Positions 51,141 to 64,000 of a stretch of 64,000 nt of DNA are shown piece after piece; the first letter of the stretch is position 1; the number at the start of each line of letters is the position of its first letter. Location of the stretch: contig OZ024742.1 in NCBI GenBank assembly GCA_964016885.1, positions 356,686,001 to 356,750,000 on the forward strand. Direction: 5' to 3'. Below the pieces are notes generated by a model. That model was given only the letters and a program-made list of their open reading frames with translations, ran no database searches and was not told the origin of the DNA. The stretch comes from Eledone cirrhosa. Its lineage: Eukaryota. A program made the position numbers and the translations under genes.

Positions 51141-51599
51141 TGATAGGTGAAATTATATGTTTTTTTCCGTAAAGAAGTATAAAGTTATTTTTTGTGCTTC
51201 ATTTCCCCATTGGGGGTAAAAGACTTTAATTTTCAAAACAAAATATTTTCTTCCATTCCTAAATTAACAATATGGCTACTCAAATTATGAACAAAAACGG
51301 ATTCTTACAGTTAGCAAACAGCAGAAAAAGGAAAACAAATTCAATTTGTCTGCAAAATACACGTATTTTACAAGAAACATATAATGATTTGCTGTCAAAT
51401 ATCTCCCAATATCATTTTGAACAATTTAAATGATATGATTAATGACAACAACAAATACAACAATAACAGTAATAACAACAACAATAAACATTTTGTGATA
51501 CAAAACTATAAAGGGAAAAATTGAATAGAATGATAAAGAAGACAATTGTAATTTTTCTTTCACTAATACAACCTCCATAAACAGACTTCAGACAGAAAT

Positions 51600-52060
51600 T
51601 AACTTCTTTTCTTTTTCTTTTTCTTTTTCTTTTTCTTTTTCTTTTTCTTTTTCTTCTTTTTCTTTCTTTTTTCTTTTGTTTTTCTTCTTTTCTATTTCTT
51701 TATCTTTTTTCTTTTTCTTTTTTCGTATTCTTGTTCTTCTTCACCCACTTATTCCTTGGAGGTTTATTGGGGCAGAGTCTTCAAATATGCCTTCCAGTGG
51801 GTCCTGTCAGAAGTAACCATCTCTAACTGATCTGGTTGGATCCCCAAGTGAAATCAGCCCAGCCAAGCTCATGGATATCATCCAATCATCTTGTTCGAGG
51901 TCTACCCCTGGGTCTGCTATCAGTTGGTTTTGACCATGAAAACCGTCCAGTGATTCTTTCCTGAGACATCTAACCACATGCCCATAGTATCAGAGCTGTG
52001 ATCTCTCAATTTGGAGAAGTAGCAGCTCTACCTGGAGTGACTCTCTGATCTCCGAGCTAC
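51600..52060 (-). mobile_element. RTE family C 3' relic with expanded (GAAAA)n tail
   Basis: Homologous to 10030-10255 and 13490-13800; (CTTTT)n on the plus strand at 51600-51740. Confidence 0.65.
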
Positions 52061-53139
52061 ACACTATAAAAACTCTGCCTAGTAGAGTTATATGACAATG
52101 GAAAGTAACCCCTTAAAAGTGAAATAAATAACATATTTCACCATCATTCATCATTATCAATTTTCTATGCCAGCATCGGTTGGATGGAATTCTTTGAGAC
52201 AATATTTTACAGCCAGATGCTCTTCCTCATTCCATACTTATTAGTCACCTCTTACCACCTGCAGGGATATGGTGTAGGATATTAAGATCCACAGGGACAT
52301 GTCTGGCTGATGGGCAAACAATATTTCCCTCGTGGACTAGGGTGAAGACTGTACAGAACCATGTGCATATCATACATCAACCCTTTTGATAGCCACCAGA
52401 ACCAGTTTTGGTTCAATGAAACAAAACCACTAAATTTAAACAGTTCTTCATTATCACTGATTAACATATATTTTCCCTACTTGCGTTGATTGGACGGCTG
52501 TTGCTTGCTAAGATCAGACTGGTCAGGTGATGAGGTCTGGTTCAAAAACTTTGTTTTGGCTTGTTTTCTATACCTGGTTGCCCTTCTTAATGTCAACCAC
52601 TATACAGCATGTATTCGGTCCTTGGTTTCTATTTCCATATACCCTTCCTAACACTAACCACTTTACAAAGTATACTGGGAGCATTTTATAGTGACTATGA
52701 CACTACCACCGTATGGGGTGCACTGGGTACTTTTGTAGTGGCAACATGACTATTTCATTACAATACTAGGGTGCTCAGAGTACATTGTTATGCTGCAGAG
52801 GGATGTTGAGGCTGGGGTACCCTCGTTTCATTGCTAGGGGTAGGGATCATTGTTTTACCTGGCTTTCCTTTGTGCTCTAAAAGGAGGCAGTGTTTGAATT
52901 AAATCTTCCATCATAATTTTATACAAGAATCATATTTAAATTACTATCTTAGCAACGAAATAATTATATTAGTAAATCCCACAACAGTTTTCATTAATTA
53001 ATTAAAATTGAGCCTATTTCATTAGAAATAAGGTTGTAAATAGATTAAAACCAGAGGACATTGCAGGAAAAAAGTGGGCTAATGTCATAATACCTCAATG
53101 GGATTTGAAGAGAAAGGGACAAAACAAAGGCTTGCAAGT

Positions 53140-53470
53140 AGTTAGGGTGTTGGACTTATAACTGTAATGTTGTATGTTCAATTCTTGAACTAGGTGGTAT
53201 TTAGTGTTCTTGAGAAAAAACACTTCATTTCACATTGTTCCAATCAATGGTGGCATGTGGCCTAGTGGTATTGGACTTATGACTGTAATGTTGTGGGTTC
53301 ACTTTCTGGGCTGGGTTGTGTGCTGTGTTCTTGAGCAAAACACTTCATGTTCACGTTGTTCCAGTATACTCAGCTGAAAATGAGTACCAGCAATAGCTGG
53401 GGTTTTAACCTTGCAATGAAGTGGCATCCTATCCAGGGGGGGGGGGGTCTTGTACTTACTTCATGCCTAT
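53140..53470 (+). mobile_element. Two tandem CORE-type SINE copies
   Basis: TTGGACTTAT.ACTGTAATGTTGT...CTTGAG.AAAA.CACTTCAT twice. Confidence 0.72.
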
Positions 53471-53919
53471 GAAAAAACGAACTTGATGAGGCTTCAGGCT
53501 TAAGACAAACTATTATATATTTAACATAGTATCTCCACCAAATCTCTTCCACAATTATATGGACAATGAAGAAACAGTATTTAAGTTTGTTTCTCTGTTT
53601 TAATTTCAGATATTTTGGCATTCATTTTGAATTCTTTCAGAAAATTCAATAAAAATAAGAATTGTTTATTACTTAAAGCTAAATTCATTTATTTTTACAT
53701 TCCCTTAAAATGTAACAATGTGATATATTGTTATACCTAAAAGCAGTTGTATAGAATGCAAGACTAAATATGTTATATTTTAGGTTTGGTTTTTATATAA
53801 TCCTTATTTGAACTGCAACTATAAGGAATTTTGTATTTTACTCTCTTTATATACATAACAGTGTCACTTTCCTTTGGACATGAATAGAAACAGCAACAAC
53901 TACTACAATTATTTTTACT

Positions 53920-54062
53920 AGAGCAGTGGATCAGCAGTAACGGTAGAGTGTAGGACAACATGCTTTGCGGCATAGAGTTATAGCTCTTTACATTCTGAGT
54001 TCAAATCCTGCCAATGTCGGCTTTGCTTTTCATCCTTACAGGTTTGATAAAATAAAGTACCA
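53920..54062 (+). mobile_element. Meta-domain SINE (3'-truncated)
   Basis: GAGTTCAAATCC...TTCATCCTTACAGGTTTGATAAAATAAAGTACC. Confidence 0.75.
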
Positions 54063-54079
54063 CTTTGTACAGAATGTTT

Positions 54080-54560
54080 ACAGTTCCCAACAATACAACT
54101 GATCCTAAAGCTTCTATCACTATTGGTATCGTTTTCATATTTTTGTTCCTCACCCCAGTAATTTCAACTCTCAACTCAGAATAGCTGTCAAATTTTGTTT
54201 TTCCTCTGATAAAATGATCCCCTGGTTCTGCTCCATCTATTATCCAACACTTGTTCTTATTTTTATCCACCACAATGATGTCAAGCTTTCTGTGCTGAAT
54301 AACTTTAGCTGTTTGAACCATAAAATCCCACAACATTCTGGCATTTTCATTTTCAATAACTTTTTCTGGTTTGTACTGGTACCATTTTCGAACAGTTTTG
54401 AATCTGTTCTTTTACTTAAGCCCCAGTGAAGAAGTTTAAACACATCGTTATGACACATTTTGTAATACTTTTACACGAACATTGTAAAGGTACTCACAAT
54501 TGGCATGACTGTCAATTTATTCCTCTTATACCTTACACTTCTCTGAATTTACATGATTAT
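54080..54560 (-). mobile_element. R4/Dong-type LINE restriction-like endonuclease relic
   Basis: LWDFMVQTAKVIQHRKLDIIVVDK...CWIIDGAEPGD...IPIVIEALG. Confidence 0.78.
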
Positions 54561-54649
54561 AAATGTTATGCCATGCTGAGTTTATGCTGAGTGTCTTGTC
54601 AGGATTAGCTGTAGGAAAACCTGTTTCCTGCTTCAAATCTCCTCAGGAT

Positions 54650-57600
54650 ATCACAGCTCTGAGAACTATCGAGAACATCAGATGGTACCACCACATTTCC
54701 AATAAAGAATTCCATGCATGCATCAGCCCACAGCCTTCCACCTCATAGCTATCCAGCACATGTGTTGGTATGGACATTTCCTCCACCTGCCACCAGATCA
54801 TCCTACCAGGACTTTACTCTTGTTCAATGCAGCAGCTGCAAGCTGCCCCTTGGCAGGCCCTGCACCAGATGGGTAGATACCCCCAAAGAAGGTGTCCAGA
54901 GGCTTGATGATGTCACCTCAGAGTATACAGAGGTGGCTGGCACAGGACTGCCAGCGATTGAGGACCCAGGTTGACCTGGTTGGCTCTATCCGGAGATATG
55001 TCAGGACACCACGTACCTCCTCGACTGTTGGAGGGGCAGTGCTGCACCCGTATTCTTCTCCGGAAGGCTGCACGTAGGTTGGCGTGGATGGTGGCGGGTG
55101 GTTGAGCAGTTCGGAGAAATGGTCCCGCCATTGGACTAGATGGTCATTAAGATTTATAATAACCGCCCCGTTCCGATCGTCTCGCTGATACCCGTACTGC
55201 TTCGGCTGGCCCGCTTCACCAGTTGGTAGAGTTTGCACGAGTCACCACATCCTGCTGCCCTCTCCGTCTGCTTCGCAAACTCGTGCCAGTGTGCATTCCG
55301 ATCGGCCCTAATAGCCCGAGATGTGCGACGTTGGAGATCTCGAAGATTGGGTGCATCCTCGAGTCGGGCCACTTACGCCCTCTCCATGAGTTCAAGAGTG
55401 CCGCCAGAGATCCAGTCCCGATGGCGTCTTTGGGTTGACCCAAGATGCTCCCTGGCCACCTCCACCATCGCCGCCCTGAGCGCGTTCCACTCCGGTTGCT
55501 GTTCCACTTCGTTACTCAGCATTTGGAATCGGTTTCGCAGCTCTAGCCAGAAAGCATTTCCAGCATCGAGCTTGAGTTGTGAGATATCGATCCTTTTCTG
55601 GCGGTTGGGAGGAGGTTTCGCCCGCAAACGCAGACAAAGGGTTGCTCGAACAAGAGTATGGTCTGACCCATGCTCACTGCCTGTATCAGCACCCCGATAC
55701 GCACACGAGTCAATCACTGAGCTGGCCCACTGAGATCTGACCAGGATGTAGTCAATCTGATTGGCCGTTCTTCCGTCATTGGATCGCCACGTGACGAGGG
55801 GACGCCGAGGATGTTGGAACCGAGTGTTGGTGACGATAAGACAATTGGCATCCATGAAGGACACGAGCCGTTCACCATTGTCACAGTGTACGCCTAGGAC
55901 AAAGCGTCCTAGAATGTGCCATGTTGTATCATCAGCCGGCCCCGTCCACACATTCCAGTCCCCAGCGACAATGAGAACATCACTGGAGGGGACGCCATCC
56001 ATGGTTGTTTGGAGATCAGCATAGAACTGCATCTTGTCCGCCTCATCCACATTGAGTGTGGGAGCGTAGACGGCAATTACGCTGACGTTGGAGATTTGAC
56101 CCTTCAATCTAACCAGCGCGAGTCAGTCTGAGATTGGCTGCCACACCAGCAGAGCCTCTTATGCATCGGGGCTGAGCACTACAGCGACCCCGTGAAGGCC
56201 ACTGTTGTCAGTTACGCTACTATGGTACAAGTGGTAGGAGATGTCCTTGCCAGGAACTTGGATTGGAAGATGACCAACATCGGGAAGTCGAACTTCTGAA
56301 AGGCAAGCAACACTAACGCAGTACCTGTGCAGAGCCTTCATTGTAAATGCCTGGACACCATCGTCACAAAGTCTCCGGAACAGCAAGACGCCGGGCGAGG
56401 ATGGCGTTCCAGCTGAAGTCTACAAGGCCGAGCCTGATGTCTTCGCAGCTTAGCTCCATCGAGTCTTCTCCTCGGTGTGGCCGATGGAGCGGTTCCCTGG
56501 TGACTGGAGCGAGGCAACTCTCCTACCCTTCTTCAAAAAGGGTGACAGGAAACTGTGTTCCAACTACAGTGGTAATTGACGTTGCTGCCAAGACCTTCAC
56601 ACTTCTTCTGCTGAAGAGGTTCCAGGCCATCCGTGATGTCCGTACCCGTCCTTCTTAGGGCAGCTCCCGTCCAGGGAGGGGGTGCGTTGATCAAATCTTC
56701 ATTCTCCCACGTGTCCTGGAACAACGGTGGGCACATCAACAGCCTACTGTCCTCTGCTTCATCAACTTTGCAGCTGCCTTCGACTTAGTAGATCGGGAAG
56801 CCCTATGGCGTATAATGCAGGTGGACGGCATCCCAGTGAAGTTGCTTCGTCTAATACAAGGCTACTACTACCGGTCGACTCCGGCTCGAGTGAGGGTCTA
56901 TGGTGGGGAGATAGAGTTGTTCGATGTTGGGACCGGTGTTCGGCAGGGGTGTACGCTATCGCCAACACTCTTTAACTACACCATTGATTACACACTCAAC
57001 ACAGCACTCCAAGATTACCCAGGCATAGAGTTCGGGAGAGGGTTCGTGGTGATGGACCTGGCCTATGCGGATGACATCGTGCTGATGGGCGCTAATGGGA
57101 CAGATGTACAAGGTGCTCTCGAAAGGGTGCACACTGCAGCCGCCGCTGTTGGTCTGCGAATCAATGCTGCCAAGTTGAAAGTCATGACGTCACTGGTCTC
57201 GCCTGATGCCTGGCAGCCAATATCTGTCAAGGGCGTGGACCTGGAGGATGTGGAGTCCTTCGTTTACCTGGGCTCAACAGTGGTTTCAACGGGACAGGGT
57301 GCAGCCGAGGTCAAGCATCACATAGGTGCTGCCAGATCCGCTTTTGGGCGCCTCCAGCGGTGTCTGTGGCACAGAAGAGAGATCACCTCGGCGACCAAAG
57401 AGCAAATCTACCAGGCTGTCGTTCCCATTATCCTCCTCTATGGCTGTGAAACATGGCTTATGAGGGTAGTCGATCAACGGGGGTTCGAGGTCTTCGACAA
57501 TGACTGTCTCCGCTGCATTCTTCGCTGCTGACGCATTGATCGAGTACCTACCACGAGTCTTCGTCTTCGCCCGAATCTTTGACCCCTTCCTTCAGTGCTT

Positions 57601-58015
57601 CTGCAATGGCACTTGAGATGGTTTGGTCATGCAGCCCGGCGCCCTGAGGGTGAACTGATCTGCAATGTTCTCCTCCCACCTCCACTTCCTAACTGGCGCA
57701 AGCACGTTGGTGGGCAGCTGAAGACCTGGGCAACAACGATCAAGGAGGACCTCTCCGAACTCTCAGGTCTGCAGGTGGTCGGCCTGCGCCGATGGAACCA
57801 TGACTGGCTCGCTATCTCCAGTGACCGTCGTGCGTGGGCTGCCATGGTTCAGGATGCTGTTAGGACAAGGAAAGAAGCCAGCTCAACCCGTCCAGGGTGA
57901 ATGTCGACACAAGTACAAGTAAGGTTGGCTCTACACATCATGATGATTTTAGGATCCCTGACCTAGGATGACCCAGTCTCATCAAGCAAGAGCAAGAAAA
58001 TGAAGATGAAGAAGC
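54650..58015 (+). mobile_element. Older RTE-type 3' fragment split by the insertion at 54989-57922
   Basis: LRTIENIRWYHHISN..WYGH..GRPCTRWVD..LAQD..DLVGS continues after the second TSD. Confidence 0.7.
54989..57922 (+). mobile_element. GC-rich RTE LINE with inverted 5' part (endonuclease on minus 54989-~56375; RT on plus ~56372-57900)
   Basis: TSD GGTTGGCTCTA at 54978-54988 and 57923-57933; (CAAGTA)n tail; AVYAPT, AGDWN, NQIDYIL, SDH on minus; GVRQGCTLSP, LAYADDI on plus; stops and frameshifts. Confidence 0.93.
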
Positions 58016-59334
58016 AACTCCATTATATCCCTCTGAAGCTGATCATGCAATGGTAACACTTCCCTGCTTTCAGCCTTCTCTTTTAGTTACCTCCACTTGT
58101 AATCACTTTAGCACTCAATAAACACTTTTGATAGACCAGCATAATTTGCAGTATATTGCAGAGGGTTTTCCTCACTACATATAAAGTTCTTGATCTTGCA
58201 ACACATTTCTCTATTCCAAAGAGATGTCTTTATTATTTGTGACATGTACAATAATTGCAAGAGATTTGCTTTTTTTATATATTCCTCCTTTCTCCATCAA
58301 CCTTATTCCTGATAATATGTCAATGTCCTCTCTCTTCTCTCACAATCAAGGACCATGAAAATATATTCACATCATGTTCCCAACATAGTCATTAACAAGA
58401 AAACCTCAGTATTATAATTAAAACACATTTTCTTTGGAATTTTTAAACTTTCATTTAGGTCTTATAACACTGGTGTTCTTCTCTGTAATCAAATAACAAC
58501 AATCTTTATAGAAACCTTCCCTCTCTATCTTCTGGAATGTTTTTCTTATCAATCCTTTTTTTTTTACTGCATTTCTCATGAAATACTTTGCATTTTATTT
58601 AATTAATTAATTAAAAAATTGTGAAAGATTTAATAATTTATAATTTCATTAAGATAGTATTTGAAACATAAACATATTCACAAAATTCTAGGAATCTGAA
58701 ACATGGAAATAGCTGTAAGAGAGCCAGCTGTTATTACAGCAAAGGGTAGGGTTAAAATGTAATCTCTTATAAGTGGAAGAATGGCCAAAGGAAAAGGGAG
58801 GGAGGGAGAGAATGAAAGAAAAAGAGTGTAAAGTATATGATGAGAAATGAGAGAGGCATAGAGAAAGAGAAGAGAGCAGAAAAGTGGGAATGAGAATGAA
58901 GAAGCAACATTATTTTTATTTTTGTGGGGTGAGGGAATTACAAAAGAACGATCAGAGAAGAAGGGAGTGAGGGAGATAATGAAAGAAATAGAGTGTAAAG
59001 CTTATGATGAGAAATGGGAGAGGTATATAGAGAAAGAGAAGAGAAGAAAAGGAGGGTGAACGAAGGAGCGGAACTTTTTTTTATGTGAGGAGAATTTCGA
59101 AAGATAAAACAATGGAGAAAAGTAGAAAAATTAAAATATATAAAGAAATAAACAAACATAGAGTTGTAAGTACCTCGTCAGATTCCTCCTAACCAAATAT
59201 ATTCATATATAAAATTAGGTTGAAATGTTTTAATTTATATAGGAACACTTTAAAATGAGTAATTTTGTTGTTTTTATTTTTCCCAAAGAAACAGAAGTGG
59301 TGTTGGGTAGGTTGATATCAAAATGGCTAATGTT

Positions 59335-59655
59335 CACTTTTTTGAAACATTTTTTCATGCTCAGAGTTGCTGAAGCTTGGAACAAACTACCTGAATCAGT
59401 TGTTAGCTGTCGAGACACTGCATCCTTTAAAACCTCCATGGAAGAAACTACCTGCATCAGTTGTTAGCCGTTGAGACACTGCATCCTTTAAAACATCCAT
59501 GCTTCCTGAGATTTGCCAACACTACACCTAATATTCCCCTCCATACATATGCACACATGTATTTCATGACTCGTACACTATTCAGTTTCCTGACATTTGT
59601 ACATTTATTCTATGTACTATACATGCACCTTTGATGAAATAATTTCATTATTATT
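59335..59655 (+). mobile_element. CR1-type LINE 3' end with a small internal tandem duplication
   Basis: KHFFMLRVAEAWNKLPESVVSC; AAACTACCTG..TCAGTTGTTAGC duplicated. Confidence 0.75.
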
Positions 59656-60129
59656 AAACTGGTTACCATCATTCTATTACAAAGTATCACATATCCTTTC
59701 AGTGTTGAATGGAAAAGTGTCGCCTCTTTTATAATTTAGCAGCTTGCAAAAGGTTCTACCAGATATTTTTGCAGAGGTAATGATATCCTATATCACAAAT
59801 ACAACTGTGTATTCCAAATAAACATCCAGTTATCACCAGTTGATAACCATATATGTAACATTGTGGTGGAATAATGATGTTGATAAACTGATATCATCGT
59901 TCATCATCATTGTTGTTTTAACACCCCTTTTCCCTGCTAGCAAGAAGGATTGATTTTCTATCTCCTGACATTAATTACCTCTTACAATAGACATGGAAAA
60001 GCTGACACAGGGCAAGTAGCTGATCAAATTTAGCTAATTAAGAAAACAAAATAGAGTGTATGTGTTTCTCTAATGTTAAGAGATGATAACCTCACATGAA
60101 ACATATTTAATTACATAATAAGATGACCC

Positions 60130-60442
60130 TGGTAAAAATTGGAATAGAGGAATACTTGTTCTCTATAGTTTCCCAGAACAAAGAACTTGAATGGGAAGAG
60201 TGATCTTGTGATCCACAGACAGTTAATCCAATACACGAATCAGCTGTGGAGATTTCTTTGAAGAGGTTTAATAAAGCAATTAACAACAATTCGCTATGAA
60301 ATCTAATGATTGTTTGGGAACTGTTACTGAAATTCTGAATGCATCAGGAAAGGTTCTTGACATAATATGTTGCTTAATTATTCAGACTGTACATATAAGT
60401 GTTATTAACAATGAGCACCGTAGTAGCACTTCATATAACTGC
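60130..60442 (+). mobile_element. Ancient RTE relic (pre-RT region)
   Basis: EWEE..PQTVNPIHESAVEIS and TEILNASGK..IINNEHRSST.YNC-like frames align to ENEWEEETLPQVDPIEGPAV..EMLKASG..PKDWCSSIIVNC. Confidence 0.6.
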
Positions 60443-61665
60443 TTCCTCTCCCTGCACTCATACTACACTAGATTCTCTCCCTAAATTCCCTTCACACTTC
60501 ACTCACACCACCTTAGATTCCACTCTTCACTCACCTCACACTTCACTCACCTCACACTTCACTCAAACCACATTAGATTCCACTCTTCACTCACCTCAGA
60601 CTTCACTCAAACCACCTTAGGTTCCTCTCCCTCAATCCACCTCACAATCCACTCAAACCACACTAGCTTCCTCTCCCTAAATTACCCTCACACTCCACCC
60701 AAACCACCTTAGCTTCCTCTCCCATTCACTCAAACTTCACTAGTTTCCCTCCCTAAATTCACCTTACACTCCACTCAAACCACACTAGTTTCCTCTCTCT
60801 AAATTCACCTCACACTCCACTAAACCACCTTAGCTTCCTCTCCCTCAATCCACCTCACAGTCCACTCAAACCACACTAGCTTCCTCTCCCTAAATTCCCC
60901 TCACAGTCCACCCAAACCACCTTAGCTTCCGCTCCTATTCACTCAAACCTCACTAGTTTCCCCTCCCTATATTCACCTCACACTCCACTCAAACCACACT
61001 AGTTTCATCTCTCTAAATTCACCTCACACTCCACTCAAACCTCACTAGTTTCCCCTCCCTCAATCCACCTCACACTCCACTCAAACCTTACTAGTTTCCC
61101 CTCCCTTAATTCACCTCACACTCCACTCAAACCACCTTAGCTTCCTCTCCCATTCACTCAAACTTCACTAGTTTCCCTCCCTAAATTCACCTTACACTCC
61201 ACTCAAACCACACTAGTTTCCTCTCTCTAAATTCACCTCACACTCCACTCAAACCACCTTAGCTTCCTCTCCCTCAATCCACCTCACAGTCCACTCAAAC
61301 CACACTAGCTTCCTCTCCCTAAAATCCCCTCACAGTCCACCCAAACCACCTTAGCTTCCACTCCTATTCACTCAAACCTCACTAGTTTCCCCTCCCTAAA
61401 TTCACCTCACACTCCACTCAAACCACACTAGTTTCATCTCTCTAAATTCACCTCACACTCCACTCAAACCTCACTAGTTTCCCCTTCCTCAATCCACCTC
61501 ACACTCCACTCAAACCTTACTAGTTTCCCCTCCCTTAATTCACCTCACACTCCACTCAAACCACCTTAGCTTCCTCTCCCTCAATCCACCTCACACTCCA
61601 CTCAAACAACACTAGTTTCCCCGCCCTAAAATCACCTCACACTCCACTCACACCACATAGCTTCT
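60443..61665. repeat. C/A/T-rich minisatellite (~43-bp subunits) with ~428-bp higher-order repeat
   Basis: ACTCCACTCAAACC...TAG...CCTC units; CCCATTCACTCAAACTTCAC at 60721 and 61149. Confidence 0.9.
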
Positions 61666-62273
61666 TGGATGTAGTTTGCCATCCCTCACTCCATTTATTT
61701 TCTAATTTCTCACTTTTCCATCTTCTCTCTAGTCTTGAAGAATTTCTTGTTAATTTTCACTCCATTTTCAGATTTTTTCTATTTTTTTCAGTTGTTTGGT
61801 GACAACAGAATTTGTTTAAAAAAATATTCAATGAAACTATTTAGCTTTCACCTCTATATTCACCCCCCTGAGTATCTCTCACCACTTTTCTAACTGTCTC
61901 ACATCACTTTGCTTAACTGTTCACTCTACCTCTTTCACCTCATATCTCATACCTGCTCACTCTACACATCCCCTCTTTAAATCCATCATCATTTTACTCT
62001 TGACTATAATTAAATAAACATCTCTACCTTCCATCCTCCTTCCAAATATACAGTTCTGCTGGAAGGAGTACTTGAGGACTCTTTTCCCGTGACCCTCCCA
62101 GATAGAGTGAGCAAAGAAGAAGACATCTACCTTCCCCATCTCTTCCTTACTTTCAGACAAAGGACAAAGACTCGATAGAAATTACTGACATCTATGCATA
62201 TCCCCCACCCTTTTTTTAAACTTTCACTTTAAGAAAAATAACAACAGCTGCTTTTTTAGTGCTGACTGCTTAA

Positions 62274-62494
62274 CCCTTTAGCATTTACATTACTCTATAT
62301 ATACTATTGTATTTTCATGGTAAAGGCTTTACCTCATATAATTATCTCACATAATATCGAATCTATGAGATTTTGATATTATTTATTTTGAGAACAATAC
62401 CTTAACATCAGTATGAGCGGGTGGTTACAGCCGGTTTGAACAGAAAGAGGTGAGAGAATTCTGGCTGGATATGGCCAGTTTAAATGTTAAAGGG
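62274..62494. mobile_element. piggyBac-type MITE (family 1)
   Basis: TTAA|CCCTTTAGCATTT...AAATGTTAAAGGG|TTAA. Confidence 0.85.
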
Positions 62495-62799
62495 TTAAAT
62501 GAAATAAGCACAATTGTTACCCAGTGATATATGTCCCAACAATGTAGGAAAATGCTTTCTGGTGTGCAGAACCTTATGTACAATAGAATAGAGAAAGTGT
62601 TACCCTGGAAGTTAGGGAGGGAGAAACATTGAAATAACCTTTCCAAAACATTGGGTTCACTTACATGGGTGCCAACTCAACCCTGATAAGAGTGAGTACA
62701 GAGGTGGTATGGAAACCAAGAATTCCAGAAGTCTCCACCACTATAGGTTCAATGATAAATCCACCAGAAAGCAGCCAATCATTTGACAGCTTGCAATCC

Positions 62800-63090
62800 T
62801 TAGATTATTGGGCAAGGAAACCCGGAACTTGATAAATGCCCCAGGATGTATTCTTATCATTAAGTGGCTTGATAGGATTTGAAAATGCAATACTTATCAT
62901 GTGAGAAGGCACAAGGTGAAGATAGTGAAAACTGCTGAACTGCAAACTTATCTCTAACACTGAGAAGACATGAAAACTTGAATGCGATAACATTGTTGAT
63001 GATATTTCAGGATGTCAAAGCAACAAAATTCTCTACTTTACTGAGTGATATCAGAATTGGTTGGGAAACTATTTGTGAGATATTAATGAC
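62800..63090 (+). mobile_element. Ancient RTE relic
   Basis: DDISGC...LSDIRIGWETICEIL resembles SGGGC...TRVRMGWKKFRELL. Confidence 0.45.
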
Positions 63091-63534
63091 CTGACAAAGA
63101 TAAAATGTTTCTCTTCTAAGCCCTTATAATAGATGGAAATATAATATTTTCCATTTCCTAAGCTTTATAAATATAAGGATGCAGAAATCTGAAATGTTCA
63201 TATCTTTATAAAAGGGTGGTATCAATATCCTTAAAGAGACTTTACAACAGAGAATTCCATTAACTGAAAACTTACCATTGTTTTACCTGCCTAGAAAATA
63301 GGATTTGCTGAATTGTTGGAGTGTTATACGAAATGACTTGTATTTGTTGTGGCTCCTTACATTCTGAGATCAAATCCTACCTAGGTCAACTTTGCTTTTT
63401 CAGTGTTAATAAGTACCAGCCAAGTACAGGGGTTGATATAATTAACTATATTGGTCTTTCAAATGTGGGGTATTAAGCTTATGTGATGAAACTTTATGGT
63501 AAGATGATGGATTGCAGTGGATTTGCAGAATCAT

Positions 63535-64000
63535 TAGACCATCGGACAAAAGGCTTTACAACACAGTTAGACCATCGGACAAAAGGCTTTACAACACAGT
63601 TAGACCATCGGACAAAAGGCTTTACAACACAGTTAGACCATCGGACAAAAGGCTTTACAACAAAGTTAGTCCAGTGAACAAAAGGCTTTACAACAAAGTT
63701 ACACCATTGAACAAAAGGCTTTACAACAAAGTTAGACCAGTGAACAAAAGGCTTTACAACAAAGTTAGACCAGTGAACAAAAGGCTTTACAACAAAGTTA
63801 GACCAGTGAACAAAAGGCTTTACAACAAAGTTAGACCAGTGAACAAAAGGCTTTACAACAAAGTTAGACCAGTGAACAAAAGGCTTTACAACAAAGTTAG
63901 ACCAGTGAACAAAAGGCTTTACAACAAAGTTAGACCAGTGAACAAAAGGCTTTACAACAAAGTTAGACCAGTGAACAAAAGGCTTTACAACAAAGTTAGA
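63535..64000. repeat. 33-bp tandem repeat, at least 14 copies, running off the window
   Basis: TTAGACCA(TCGG/GTGA)ACAAAAGGCTTTACAACA(C/A)AG. Confidence 0.97.

Noticed and set aside
62805-63090. Minus-strand exon after a TTTTATCTTTGTCAG acceptor-like site
   Set aside because: All three frames stop early; the plus strand resembles a decayed RTE.

Overview
AT-rich eukaryotic, not prokaryotic, DNA that is almost entirely repeat-derived (intronic or intergenic). The mix of RTE-clade LINEs with (TGA)n tails, tRNA-headed Meta-domain and CORE-domain SINEs, and dense (TA)n/(CA)n tracts suggests a coleoid cephalopod such as Octopus; this is an inference. I could not support any host-gene exon, tRNA gene, rRNA or CRISPR array. 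All long ORFs are decayed retroelement frames or microsatellite artefacts. Main contents: one near full-length RTE LINE (minus strand, ~20.3-23.9 kb); many truncated or internally deleted RTE copies; a GC-rich RTE with a 5' inversion and 11-bp TSD; relics of CR1, CRE and R4/Dong LINEs; a truncated LTR element with a tRNA-Trp PBS; hAT and piggyBac-type MITEs; a Helitron 3' end; and several minisatellites. Most notable: (1) a 536-bp foldback element whose two arms each carry an intact minimal hammerhead ribozyme, one per strand; (2) two further hammerheads at 26.1-26.4 kb; (3) a covarying, tandemly amplified pseudoknot-like module shuffled between RTE 5' UTRs, RTE 3' UTRs and SINEs. Coordinates of decayed repeats are approximate and read by eye.
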